64,000 nucleotides of DNA from Dysosmobacter segnis (GCA_963590945.1 CAVAQZ010000001.1:23220-87219), one strand, 5' to 3'. Positions 30,090-41,704 are shown, counted from the first letter of the stretch. Made by a program: numbers and translations. The notes: generated by a model not told the origin, from the letters alone.

Positions 30090-31076
30090 TCACAGGTGGA
30101 CGACCGCATGGCGCATGATGCGGGGCCGAGGATTCCTCCGCCACCCCAGAACGAGGAAGAACAGCCAGCCGGGAACGAGCACCCCCAACAAAGCGTATAG
30201 GCCCATGCGCACCGGGTCGTGCATGGTGTTCGGGTCAGGCGCCGGCACCGGAATACTCACCCTGTGGCCGGAAACCAATAATCGATGCGTGTTCACACCG
30301 TAGGGGGTGCAGGTCATCAGCGTCACACGGTCCTCGCCCTTGACCACACGCAGCTTGCTGGTGTCCTGCGGTTCGATCACGTCTATGCGGTCCACCTCGT
30401 AGCCGAGGGTCTCGCCCATCACCTCAAGGTAGAAGAAGTCGCCTTCCCGCAGTTCATCGATACGTGTGAACATGGCCGCCTCGACCAGGCCACGATGCCC
30501 GGTGATCACCGCATGCGTGCTTTTCCCGCCGACGGGAAGCGACGTGCCGTACAGATGTCCGGCGCCGGCAGCGAGCGCGGCGTCCGATGTTCCGTGGTAT
30601 ATCGGCAGTTTGATCGACACCTTTGGTATGCGGATTGTGCCGATCACACCGTCTCCGGAGTCCAGCAGCGACTGATATTCGCTGTCTTTGGCCGCCAAGG
30701 AGTCGTCGCCGGATGCCTGCGACCCGCCAGAGGAGGAAGAGAACGGGTCCTCGGTCTCGCCGAGGACGGTCTGTTCGGAAGTGGCGATCTTCTTGTTGTA
30801 TCGTTTCGCGGCGGCGATGGCTTCCTCCGCCTGCGGGTACGGCCATCCCTCAACGTGCTGCGTGGCTTCGTCGGCCGTCTGCGCTGTGCGCCGCGATGCC
30901 TGCCACTGCAGCATATAGGGGAATCCGGCGATGCTGACCGCAGCGATCACCAGCGTGATCACGAATGCGTACAGGGCATGCAGCTGGCGACGCAACCGGC
31001 TTTTGCGGGCCTCGCTCGCCGAAATGTCGATCGCCTTGTCGAACGCAAGGGGATGCCAGGTCTCGGTTTCGTCCAT
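30090..31076 (-). CDS. Class C (pilus-specific) sortase
   Basis: DPF lid, HAVITGHRG, TLMTCTPYGVNTHRLLV; N- and C-terminal TM helices. Confidence 0.95.
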   Translation of the reverse strand: MDETETWHPLAFDKAIDISASEARKSRLRRQLHALYAFVITLVIAAVSIAGFPYMLQWQASRRTAQTADEATQHVEGWPYPQAEEAIAAAKRYNKKIATSEQTVLGETEDPFSSSSGGSQASGDDSLAAKDSEYQSLLDSGDGVIGTIRIPKVSIKLPIYHGTSDAALAAGAGHLYGTSLPVGGKSTHAVITGHRGLVEAAMFTRIDELREGDFFYLEVMGETLGYEVDRIDVIEPQDTSKLRVVKGEDRVTLMTCTPYGVNTHRLLVSGHRVSIPVPAPDPNTMHDPVRMGLYALLGVLVPGWLFFLVLGWRRNPRPRIMRHAVVHL

Positions 31077-31172
31077 ATGGCCCCTCCCTTACGCAATCCG
31101 GAATTTCCGCCGCCCAACGTGACGTTGGGGTACACAATAGCGTTCGGAGGGGATGAGCGGGGGTGCGAACGG

Positions 31173-33002
31173 TCAATGTTTCTTCGTGTTGCGCCCCTTG
31201 AAGTAAATGTCGAATACGATCCAGACCGACAGTATGAACGCGATCACATATCCGAGGAAGCCAACGATCGGTATGCCGAAGATCACCGGTTTGATGCCGG
31301 CGTAATACACGATCGAAGAGCCGACGAACAGGCCGACCACAATCAGCGCCATCGTCAGTCGGTTCATCATATCGGCAAGCAGTTGCAACGGTTCCTGAGA
31401 CCCGACCATCTCCATGTTCACGCGTAATTGGCCGCGTGTGAGCATATGCGACGCGACTTTCAGTTCGCTGGCTGCGGCAAGCAGGCCGTGCAGGGCCTGA
31501 TGGCCCTCGATGGCGAACGATTTCGCTTCCTCTTTGAGGAAGTCCCGCTTCGATGTGCTGGCCTCGATGTGGTCGGAGATGATCTGGATCATGTTCACGT
31601 CGGGAATGAACTCGTCGAGCAGTCCTTCCAATGTGACCAGCGCGCGGCCGACCGTGGTGACGGTGCTCGGGACTTCGATGCCATGCTTCCGGGCCATCTG
31701 GGTGAGCGCCGTGAGCATGGCGGCGATGTCGAGTTCCACAAGTTCGACCGTGCCGAATTCCTTGACGATCACGTCAAGGTCGGCCAGCAGCGACGGATAA
31801 TCCTCGGGGTCGGCCTCGGCGCCGGCGAAGCGCAGCAGGCCGTCCGCCAGGGCGGGGGAATCCTGTTTGGCCACCGCGAAGATCATGTCTTTCAGCACGG
31901 AACGGGTTTTCGCGTTGAGCCGGCCCGTCATACCAAGGTCGAGCAGTATGATCCGCCCGCCGCTTACCATGATGTTGCCGGGATGCGGGTCGGCGTGGAA
32001 GAAGCCCTCGTCGAGCACCTGCGTCGCGTAATTGTCGACGAGTTTGGTGCCGATCTCCTTCAAATCGTAGCCGGCTTCGACGAGTTTGTCGGGGTGGGAG
32101 ACGGAGATGCCCTCCACATAGTCCATGACCACCACATGTTCGGTGCATAGGTCCATGTACGGCTTGGGGCAGTCCATATACTTGTAATGCTCGCAGAATC
32201 GTTTGAATTCCGCCAGATTCCGGGCCTCGTTCAGAAAGTCAGTTTCGGATTCGAACGTGTCCCACAGTTCCTCCACCACGCCGGAGAGATCCACCACCGA
32301 CGCGCTGGGAACGGTCTTCGACGCCACCTTGGCTATGGAACGCATGATGGATACGTCCTGCGCCATGGTTTCGCGCACGCCCGGCCGCTGGACCTTGATG
32401 GCGACGTCCTCGCCGGTGGAGAGTTTCGCGCGATGCACCTGCGCAAGGCTGGCCGATCCGAGCGGGGTGGCGTCGATGTGTTCGAAGATCTCGTCCGCGG
32501 GCCTGCCGAATTCGTTTTCGAGAACCTGCAGCACGGTGCCGTATGGCATGGGGTCGGCGTCGGCGCGCAGTTTGGCCAGTTCGTCGCAGAACTGCTGCGG
32601 CAGGATTTCGGAACGCATCGACAGAATCTGGCCGACCTTCACGAACGTCGGGCCGAGCGCTTCGAACATGAGCCTCATCTTGACCGGAGTCAATCCGTGA
32701 ATCACGTCGAATTGTTTGACGATGTCGCCGATTTCCTTCAGTCGTTTCAGTTTGCCGCGTCGGGTCAGATGGTAGCGTTCGGAGAACGTGTCCTTATGCG
32801 GAAACAGGCCGATGGTCTCACCTTGCGTCCGCTGATCCGCCATCTGCTTCGGCTGCGAAGCACCTGATTTCACCGCGGATTGCGCGGCCGCGTCGGGGGA
32901 CGGATCCGCGGCCGGGTTGATCACCGCATTGACCCTGTCGGACAACGTGACTGGCTCCACGCTTTCGGGGCGTGCATCGGACCGGGACGGCTTCACAAAC
33001 AT
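31173..33002 (-). CDS. ABC1/UbiB (AarF) family atypical kinase
   Basis: LGPTFVKVGQ, LGSASLAQVH, VAIKVQRP, FHADPHPGN, DLG; C-terminal TM helices. Confidence 0.92.
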   Translation of the reverse strand: MFVKPSRSDARPESVEPVTLSDRVNAVINPAADPSPDAAAQSAVKSGASQPKQMADQRTQGETIGLFPHKDTFSERYHLTRRGKLKRLKEIGDIVKQFDVIHGLTPVKMRLMFEALGPTFVKVGQILSMRSEILPQQFCDELAKLRADADPMPYGTVLQVLENEFGRPADEIFEHIDATPLGSASLAQVHRAKLSTGEDVAIKVQRPGVRETMAQDVSIMRSIAKVASKTVPSASVVDLSGVVEELWDTFESETDFLNEARNLAEFKRFCEHYKYMDCPKPYMDLCTEHVVVMDYVEGISVSHPDKLVEAGYDLKEIGTKLVDNYATQVLDEGFFHADPHPGNIMVSGGRIILLDLGMTGRLNAKTRSVLKDMIFAVAKQDSPALADGLLRFAGAEADPEDYPSLLADLDVIVKEFGTVELVELDIAAMLTALTQMARKHGIEVPSTVTTVGRALVTLEGLLDEFIPDVNMIQIISDHIEASTSKRDFLKEEAKSFAIEGHQALHGLLAAASELKVASHMLTRGQLRVNMEMVGSQEPLQLLADMMNRLTMALIVVGLFVGSSIVYYAGIKPVIFGIPIVGFLGYVIAFILSVWIVFDIYFKGRNTKKH

Positions 33003-33155
33003 ATCGCAACTCTTACATCAGGCGTATCGAACAGGGTTCAGCGGGCGCGTCGAACGGTTCGGACGGCAGCCGATCAATCGTTCGAACGCATGGCGAATCA
33101 CATAACAAATCGCCGTCCGGGCGCCTGCTGCGCGACGGACGGCGATTCGGATACG

Positions 33156-33398
33156 TTACTCGGCCTCGCCGGCGGGGGTATCGTCCTTGGCCTCGGGCTT
33201 GGCTTCGGACGCCTCCTTGACCTCCTCGACCTTGTGCTTGAGCTCGGCGTTGAGGGCCTTGCCCTGTTCCACGGTCAGCTCACCTTTCTTGACGAGATCG
33301 TCGACGATCTCCTGGCTCTTCTCAACGGTGGTCGCCAGAGCGCCGACGCCGGCGAGAAAGACCTTGCGCAGGCCGTCACCAAAATCAAAATCAGCCAT
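33156..33398 (-). CDS. Phasin-like (PHA-granule-associated family) small protein
   Basis: KVFLAGVGA...DDLVKKGELT.EQGK motif; RBS AAGGAGG. Confidence 0.8.
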   Translation of the reverse strand: MADFDFGDGLRKVFLAGVGALATTVEKSQEIVDDLVKKGELTVEQGKALNAELKHKVEEVKEASEAKPEAKDDTPAGEAE

Positions 33399-33541
33399 GA
33401 TTACCTCCTTAGGCGATGGTGGTACCCACTCTATCGCACTTTCTTCACATATATGCCGAACGAAACCGGCCAATCGTGGCAAAAATGGCCTATTTCCGGC
33501 TCGTTCTTCCGCTTGGGCTCCGGTCTGCCGTTCGTCTTGCC

Positions 33542-34300
33542 TCACCTTGGGCGGGACATCGCCACACGACGCGCGCGCTCGGCGACCGCATTGATGCGGT
33601 TCAGCTCGGCCAGCTGCGCATCGCTCTGCCCGGCCGCTTCCGGATCGAAGGAGCCGTAACGGCGTTCGACCGCGGTACGGATCAGGAAATCCGCGATCGC
33701 CGGGTTCTTCGGCAGCAACGAGCCGTGCATGTACGTGCCGATCACATTGTTGACCCGCGCGCCTTCCGTATGGTCCTCGCCGTTGTTGCCGGCGCCTTCC
33801 GCGTCCACGGTCCCCAGCGGTTTCACACCGCTGCGCAGGAACGTCTGTCCCGAATGGTTCTCGTATCCTACGATCCTGCCGAAATCGTCGGAATCTTCGG
33901 TCAGATTGCCGATCATGCGGGTCTCCTGGCCTACCGTGTAGGCTCCGATCACGCCGATGCCGTCAAGCCTGGATCCGTCGACCGTTTCGAAATACTCGCC
34001 GAACAGCTGGTACAGGCCGCAGATCATCAGCATCGGCATACCGTCCGCCGCGAGGGAGCGCAGCAGGTCCGCACGGCTGAAAAAGTCGCCGATGATCTTC
34101 TTCTGGCCGGTGTCCTGCCCGCCGCCGCCCAGAATCATGTCTACATGTTCCGGCCATTCGCAGCCCTGGTTGTAGGCGTGCACGCGCGGCTCGTACCCAT
34201 ACAGCGCAAGACGGCGCCGCACGGTGAGCACGTTGCCCGAATCACCGTAGATGTTCATGTCTTTCGGATATAACGACACGATGTCGATTATCTGGCTCAT
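33542..34300 (-). CDS. gatD: CobQ-like glutamine amidotransferase, lipid II isoglutaminyl synthase subunit
   Basis: MNIYGDSGN, GGGQD, ICGLYQLFG, ENHSG, TYMHGSLLPKNP. Confidence 0.9.
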   Translation of the reverse strand: MSQIIDIVSLYPKDMNIYGDSGNVLTVRRRLALYGYEPRVHAYNQGCEWPEHVDMILGGGGQDTGQKKIIGDFFSRADLLRSLAADGMPMLMICGLYQLFGEYFETVDGSRLDGIGVIGAYTVGQETRMIGNLTEDSDDFGRIVGYENHSGQTFLRSGVKPLGTVDAEGAGNNGEDHTEGARVNNVIGTYMHGSLLPKNPAIADFLIRTAVERRYGSFDPEAAGQSDAQLAELNRINAVAERARRVAMSRPR

Positions 34301-34326
34301 GTTCCCCTCGATTCCCGACCGTCCGC

Positions 34327-35871
34327 TCACTTGCCCACGCCCGCGTCGGACACTTGCGCGATGGTGGCGAGGGCGGCACGCGTCTTGAGCATGGCGGTGT
34401 ATGTGCAGTAGATGTGTTTCGGCACGCCGGGATTGGCCTGGACGAACGCCTTGACCGATTCCTCCAGTTCCGTGCTGACCGATCCGACCGGCACCTGGTC
34501 GTATTCGAGGCGCAGGGCCATATCCCATGCGCGCACGCCTGAAACGGAGCGTACGCCGGTTTGCCGCAACGACGTGAAATCAACATCCCACAGCCAGCTC
34601 ATGTCACGGCCGTCGGCGTATTCGTCGTTGATGCAGATCATCGTGTCGCAGCCCTCGGGCTTGAACGATGCGAGGGAAAGGCGGAATCCCATGGGGTTCT
34701 TGACGAGCAGCAGCTCCACTGGAGAACCGTTCACGTCGATCACCTCGCCTCGGCCGAATGCCGGCGTCACCTGCGCGGCCGCGTCGATCATGTTCTGGTC
34801 GGTGCTGCGGGCAAAGTCGATGACATGCTGCGAGATGCCGGCATCGCGCAGCATCCCGTCAGCGGCCGCATCGGTTTCGCCGGCCTGCGCGAACGCCTCT
34901 TCGAACGGCAGGAACATGGCCTGCGCATCGTCCACGACGGCACGCACGACGGCGAGTGCCGCGGCCGCGTTGTACAGGTTGTAGACGCCTTCCAGCTTCA
35001 CGCCGGTTTCGTAGGTTTTCCCGTCGATGGCGAAGCTTGCGCGATGTTCGCCGACGGATAGCAGGGTGACGTCGGCGGGCAACGGGTCGGCTGCGGAAGC
35101 GGCTGCGGGATCCTCCGTGAAACCCGCCGTGGAATCGGCGTCCGCGCCTTCCTGCCGTCCTGTTCGATTCCGCCGTTCCGAACGTTCCGAAACGTTTTGC
35201 AGGTCGTTTTCGCCGGTCGTTTCCGCTTCCACGGTGGTGCGCATGTCGTCATCGGACGGGAAGAAGCCGCGCAGGGACTCGTCAAGTCCGAAATAGCGTA
35301 TCTGCACGTCTTCCTCGGTGCGTACCACGTCGGCGAGGCGTGCGATGCGGGGATCTTCGCGATTGAGCACCACCGTTCCCGTGGTGGCTTCGGCGGCCTT
35401 GCTCAGCAACCGTGCGGTGTTGTCGATCTCTCCGAACCTGTCGAGCTGGTCTCGCATCACGTTGAGCAATAGGCAGTAGTCGGGCCGTACCTGTTTGACG
35501 AAATGCACCGCGTATGCCTCGTCCAATTCCAGTACCGCGATGTCGGCGTCCAGTTTGCCCCCCAACGAGACCTCGGCCAGCAGCGACGAGACGACCCCCC
35601 TGGTGAAGTTCGATCCGGTCGGGTTGGTGAACACCTTCAATCCCAACGATTCCAGCATGCTCGCCACCATGCGGGTGGTGGTGGTCTTGCCGTTGGTTCC
35701 CGAAACGAGCACCACGCCGAACGGCAGGTTCGCCAGGGTTCGCGCAAGGAATTGGGGGTCGATGCGTTCCACCACTTTGCCGGGGAACGCGCTGCCGCCG
35801 CCTCGCATGAGGCGTGCCGCCGCGCGCACGGCCTTGCCGATCAGCGGCGTTGCGAATGAGTTCCACGCCAT
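34327..35871 (-). CDS. murT: MurT ligase (Mur ligase + DUF1727)
   Basis: GTNGKTTT, ELDE, RDQLDRFGE, FGR, KNP.G, DGRDMSWLWD, TYTAM. Confidence 0.9.
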   Translation of the reverse strand: MAWNSFATPLIGKAVRAAARLMRGGGSAFPGKVVERIDPQFLARTLANLPFGVVLVSGTNGKTTTTRMVASMLESLGLKVFTNPTGSNFTRGVVSSLLAEVSLGGKLDADIAVLELDEAYAVHFVKQVRPDYCLLLNVMRDQLDRFGEIDNTARLLSKAAEATTGTVVLNREDPRIARLADVVRTEEDVQIRYFGLDESLRGFFPSDDDMRTTVEAETTGENDLQNVSERSERRNRTGRQEGADADSTAGFTEDPAAASAADPLPADVTLLSVGEHRASFAIDGKTYETGVKLEGVYNLYNAAAALAVVRAVVDDAQAMFLPFEEAFAQAGETDAAADGMLRDAGISQHVIDFARSTDQNMIDAAAQVTPAFGRGEVIDVNGSPVELLLVKNPMGFRLSLASFKPEGCDTMICINDEYADGRDMSWLWDVDFTSLRQTGVRSVSGVRAWDMALRLEYDQVPVGSVSTELEESVKAFVQANPGVPKHIYCTYTAMLKTRAALATIAQVSDAGVGK

Positions 35872-35873
35872 GC

Positions 35874-37298
35874 TTATACCTCCTGCTGCCTTTGGTAGTC
35901 CTGCGGCATGTCTTTGAATTTCGAATACGCGCCAAGGAACGCCAGGCTGAACGTCTGGGTCGGTCCGTTACGGTGCTTCGCCATGATGATGTCGGCCTCG
36001 CCCGGACGGTCTTCCTTGTCGTAGGCGTCGGGTCTGTGCACGAGGAACACCACGTCGGCGTCCTGTTCGATGGAGCCCGACTCTCGAAGGTCGGAAAGCT
36101 GCGGTTTCTTGTCCTGGCGCATTTCCGGACCACGGTTCAGCTGGCTCAACGCCACGACCGGCACTTCCAGTTCCTTCGCCAGCAGCTTCAATGCACGGGA
36201 GAAGTCGGAGACCTCCTGCTGGCGGCTTTCCACGGCCTTGCCCGAGGTCATGAGCTGCAGGTAGTCGATGACCACGAGTTTCAGATCGTTCGTCTGCTTG
36301 AGTCGGCGGCATTTCGCGCGGATCTCCATCAGACTCATGTTCGGACTGTCGTCGATGAACAGCGGCGCGTTCTGCAATGCCACTTGCAGGTTGTTGAGGA
36401 TGTTCCAGCGTTCCGGCGTGATGTCGTCCGCACGGCGCATGGCGGCCAGCGGAATGTTCGATTCCGCGGAGATGATGCGCTGAGCCAACTCGTTTTTGCT
36501 CATTTCCAGACTGAAGATCACGGACGTCATGTTGTGGTGCAACGCGGCGGCCCTCGCGAAGTCGACGCCGAGCGTGGACTTGCCCATGGCGGGTCGTCCC
36601 GCCACCACGATCATCTGGCCCGGCTGCAGGCCCTGCGTGACATCGTCGATGTCTCTGAAGCCCGTCGGCACGCCCTTCGACACCTCGCCGTTCTGCAGGC
36701 GTTCGATCTGGTCGAGCGTATCTCCGATCACCGGCCCGATCGCCGCGTAATCCTGACGCACCTTGCCGGTCGACATCTCATAGACCTCGGCCTGCGCCAT
36801 GTTGACCACGTCTTCCGCCTGGGATCCTTCGGCCGTGTAGCCGAGCTGCGCGATCTTCGTTCCGGCCGCGATCACGTTACGCAGGATGGCGCGCTGGTGC
36901 ACGATGTCGGCATAATAGGTGGCGTTGGCCGCGGTCGGCACGGATGCGACCAGACTGTGCAGGTAGTCGGAGCCGCCCACTTTTTCGAGGTTGCCCTCTT
37001 TGAGCAGCTGGTTGGCCACGAGCACGGCGTCGACCGGCTGCGACGCCGCGAACAGGTTGATGATCGCCTCGTAGACGGTTTGGTTGCGAGGCTGGTAGAA
37101 GTCGGTGACGTCGATGAGCTGCGAGACTTCGCCGATGGCGTCCTTGCTCATGAGCATGCCGCCGAGCACGGCCATTTCCGCGGCGTCGTCGTGCGGGGGG
37201 ACACGGTCGAAGATGGCATCGCGGATTACGGATTGCCTGTTGCCGCCATTGCCTTCATATTGCGTACGAGCGCCTCCCCATGGGGTTTCCTCTGCCAT
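35874..37298 (-). CDS. dnaB: Replicative DNA helicase
   Basis: PPHD..AE..VLG, AGRPAMGKS, FSLEM, IDYLQLM, LSQLNR, DLRESGSIEQDAD, KHRNGPT; no intein. Confidence 0.97.
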   Translation of the reverse strand: MAEETPWGGARTQYEGNGGNRQSVIRDAIFDRVPPHDDAAEMAVLGGMLMSKDAIGEVSQLIDVTDFYQPRNQTVYEAIINLFAASQPVDAVLVANQLLKEGNLEKVGGSDYLHSLVASVPTAANATYYADIVHQRAILRNVIAAGTKIAQLGYTAEGSQAEDVVNMAQAEVYEMSTGKVRQDYAAIGPVIGDTLDQIERLQNGEVSKGVPTGFRDIDDVTQGLQPGQMIVVAGRPAMGKSTLGVDFARAAALHHNMTSVIFSLEMSKNELAQRIISAESNIPLAAMRRADDITPERWNILNNLQVALQNAPLFIDDSPNMSLMEIRAKCRRLKQTNDLKLVVIDYLQLMTSGKAVESRQQEVSDFSRALKLLAKELEVPVVALSQLNRGPEMRQDKKPQLSDLRESGSIEQDADVVFLVHRPDAYDKEDRPGEADIIMAKHRNGPTQTFSLAFLGAYSKFKDMPQDYQRQQEV

Positions 37299-37416
37299 GT
37301 CCACCAATCCAGATTCACGAAAACAGGTATGTCAGCACGCGATGCGAGCTGGTTATAACAGTACCCACTGCCCCAAGTGGTGGGCAACTTTCCACTCGGG
37401 TATTTGTCTGCGACCG

Positions 37417-37676
37417 TTATCCACAACCAATATCCACAGCTGGCCCGAAGACGGGTCGCCACCGCTTCCGGCCGAATCCGGCCGGATATATTCATATGTG
37501 GATTCGGCCATCGGCGGAGCTTTTCCGGTCACGACACGCTCGGACAGGGGGCCTGTGGATAAGAAATCCACAAAAAGCCGAGTTATCCACATATTGGGGA
37601 TAACTATGTGGAAAACATCAACAGTTATCCACCGATTGGGGATAACTGAGTGGATAACTTGGGGACATCTTCCACA
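37417..37676. promoter_or_regulatory. Cluster of about 12 DnaA boxes in both orientations
   Basis: Consensus TTWTNCACA at 37417, 37554 (rev), 37583, 37607 (rev); 1-2 mismatch boxes at 37430, 37497, 37564, 37595, 37625, 37637, 37649, 37668. Confidence 0.85.
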
Positions 37677-37736
37677 GGTGGGCGATGTCCCCTGATTTCG
37701 ATTTGCCTATGCGCCCCACTAGTGGTATGCGCTCGT

Positions 37737-39563
37737 TCACATGTGATATTTCGTGGCGTTATACATGTTGCGCACCAGCGTCTCGCGCCATTTGCTCCAA
37801 CCGTACTGCTTGGAGATCGCCTCGCCGGAGGTGGCGCCCAGCGACGACCCATCGGCTCGGGTCAGATCGAACAGCATGTCAAGCAGCACCGGATCGTGGT
37901 CGATTCTCGACGCCAGTTCGCCGCCCACATTCGGATCATTGGGATTCTGTCCCGTGGCGAATTCGGAAAGCGTCAGATGCTCGCGCACCAGCAGCGTGAC
38001 CCACCATACGGTCTGCGAATCGAATCCCATGCGTTTCAGGACGGCGGACGCCTGACGGGCGCCCTCGGCGGCATGGTCGCCCACACCGGGGCGCTTGCCG
38101 ATGTCGTGAAGAATGCCCGCAAGCAGCAACGCCCGATAATGCCTATCGTCATAAAGCCCGCCATTCGGGGTCTCACGGCCAAGTCTCGTGACCACCTCCA
38201 CCATATGGCGGTCGATGGTGTAGCGGTGCGCGGCCGACGCGCTCGGACGGTTGCGCACGGCAAGCCATTCCGGAATGAGCCTGCCCGGAATGTCGACGAA
38301 ATCGATCTCCTCCCACACGTCGAGCAGGTTCTCTCCGGACGCGAGCAGACGCAGGAACAGTTCACGCGATTCATCGTTCCAATCGCGGTCGCCAAGCGGG
38401 CACTTCCTCAGATTCTGCAACGTGCCGGGAGCGATCGGCAGCCCCGATTCCGCGGCGGCGACGGCCACACGCAACGCCAGTTTCGCATCGGATTTCGGAT
38501 CCGCTCCCGGAGCCAGCACGATCTCCTCCTCATGCTTTGCCACACCGGGGGCGATCACGTCGAACGTAGGAGCCTGACGCTTGCCGCCGCCACGCGGCTG
38601 GAACACTTGGAAGAAAGCGAAACGCGGCTTCTCATGGGTCAGTGAATGTTCGGCTCGCGACGCGGTGGAATCCAACGAGAAGGCCACCTGGCGGCCGACC
38701 CGGGCAAGCAGCGTCTGCAAATCGTCGATGGAGGCGGCCTCACGCTCGCCCTCGGGCAGCGTGGGATCCGCCAGGCCAAGCATGGCCGCGACCCTCGCCT
38801 GGTACTGCGAAAGCAGCATATTCGTGTCTTTGTTGGCCACAAGATGGATGCAGTCGCGCACGTCCAGCAATCGTTCGACGGCATCATCGTATTTGCCGTG
38901 CGGACGGTCCGCCAGCCAGGACGCCGCAAGAGCGGATACCAGCACGCAATCGCGCAATCCTCCGCGGGCCTCCTTGATATCGGGCTGGTTGATGTATGCC
39001 ATACGTCCGAACCCGTCAAGACGGGACTTGGCCGATCCCAGCAATTCCGGCAGACGTTTACGCGCGGCCTTGCGCCAGCGTTCCAGAATCGAAACCGCGG
39101 TGTCCTCGATCAAACGGGCGTCTCCGGCGATCGCAACGACATCCAGCCAACCCATGGCGGCCGGCAGATCATGGTCGGTGACCGACTCGCACTGGGCCCG
39201 TGTACGTACGGACTGGTCCAGATCAAGGCCGGAATCCCAAATCGGATACCACAGTTTGTTGGCCAGCTCGTTGAGCTGCGGGTCGGTCAACGCATGCGGC
39301 TCGTAGATCACCACCAGATCAAGGTCGGAGCTCGGCCCAACCTGGCCGCGCGCCAAAGAGCCGACGGCGCCAAGACCGACGCCGGAGGAAGGAACGTCGA
39401 ACGATACCGCCTCGCAGGCCTCATTCCACAATTCCTTGAGGCAGGTCATGGCCAATTCGGTGCGAGCCTTGCGTTTTTGCGCGCCATTGCGGTAAACGCC
39501 ATCCGAATCCGGCTGGCTCATGGTCATGAAACGTTGTTTGAGGCCATCGACTGCTGAAGTCAT
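37737..39563 (-). CDS. glnD: PII uridylyl/adenylyl-transferase
   Basis: AVGSLARG...SDLDL NTase, DIKEARGGLRD, HRYTIDRH, LHDIGK HD domain; downstream of amtB-glnK. Confidence 0.92.
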   Translation of the reverse strand: MTSAVDGLKQRFMTMSQPDSDGVYRNGAQKRKARTELAMTCLKELWNEACEAVSFDVPSSGVGLGAVGSLARGQVGPSSDLDLVVIYEPHALTDPQLNELANKLWYPIWDSGLDLDQSVRTRAQCESVTDHDLPAAMGWLDVVAIAGDARLIEDTAVSILERWRKAARKRLPELLGSAKSRLDGFGRMAYINQPDIKEARGGLRDCVLVSALAASWLADRPHGKYDDAVERLLDVRDCIHLVANKDTNMLLSQYQARVAAMLGLADPTLPEGEREAASIDDLQTLLARVGRQVAFSLDSTASRAEHSLTHEKPRFAFFQVFQPRGGGKRQAPTFDVIAPGVAKHEEEIVLAPGADPKSDAKLALRVAVAAAESGLPIAPGTLQNLRKCPLGDRDWNDESRELFLRLLASGENLLDVWEEIDFVDIPGRLIPEWLAVRNRPSASAAHRYTIDRHMVEVVTRLGRETPNGGLYDDRHYRALLLAGILHDIGKRPGVGDHAAEGARQASAVLKRMGFDSQTVWWVTLLVREHLTLSEFATGQNPNDPNVGGELASRIDHDPVLLDMLFDLTRADGSSLGATSGEAISKQYGWSKWRETLVRNMYNATKYHM

Positions 39564-39583
39564 AATGCGATCCTTAATGGAAA

Positions 39584-39613
39584 TCCCCGTACGGCGCTAG
39601 GCACGTACGGGGA
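39584..39613 (-). terminator. Hairpin between glnK and glnD
   Basis: TCCCCGTACG/CGTACGGGGA 10-bp stem followed by TTT on the minus strand. Confidence 0.6.
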
Positions 39614-39658
39614 CCTGTTTTATTGATAACCCGAACTCAAAGGCCCGGGGGCTTTTAA

Positions 39659-41294
<1,636 letters not shown>

Positions 41295-41382
41295 GTTGCC
41301 CTCCCTCTCTTTTTCATTTCCTTATTCACAAATTCCCACCCCAACGCATGGGGTTGACAGAATGGTATGGAACGCCGCCCGC

Positions 41383-41419
41383 GTTTACTCAACGTTACGA
41401 AGTGTTACAGCGACGTAAC
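41383..41419 (-). promoter_or_regulatory. GlnR-box-like direct repeats upstream of amtB
   Basis: Minus strand GTTAC-n6-GTAAC-n5-GTAAC-n6-TAAAC. Confidence 0.6.
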
Positions 41420-41492
41420 GCCTGAAGGGGTGCCTCGCGCCAACCGGTGAATCGCGATCTTCATAAGCGAAAGCGCAAAACGGCGAGAAATC

Positions 41493-41532
41493 AACATTCC
41501 CGACCATCCGCACACAGGTGGTCGGGAATGTT
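41493..41532. terminator. Inverted repeat downstream of ftsY
   Basis: AACATTCCCGACCA/TGGTCGGGAATGTT 14-bp stem. Confidence 0.65.
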
Positions 41533-41704
41533 TCATGTTTTTTTCATACCGCAAATCGTCGGGAATCGCCGAAATGGACGGTTACGCGAATCGCATGGAC
41601 GACTGCGGACGGGCGTATCCGATGCCGGTAGACGGTGTGTCCGCCGGCGTCGGATGGCCGCGCCGGTTCAACCGGGAACGCCGTATCAGGCGTCCGTGCC
41701 TTCC

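Noticed and set aside
37417..37676. The chromosomal oriC
   Set aside because: No dnaA, dnaN, rpmH or gyrB context and no clear AT-rich unwinding element; kept as a non-origin cluster, though not fully excluded
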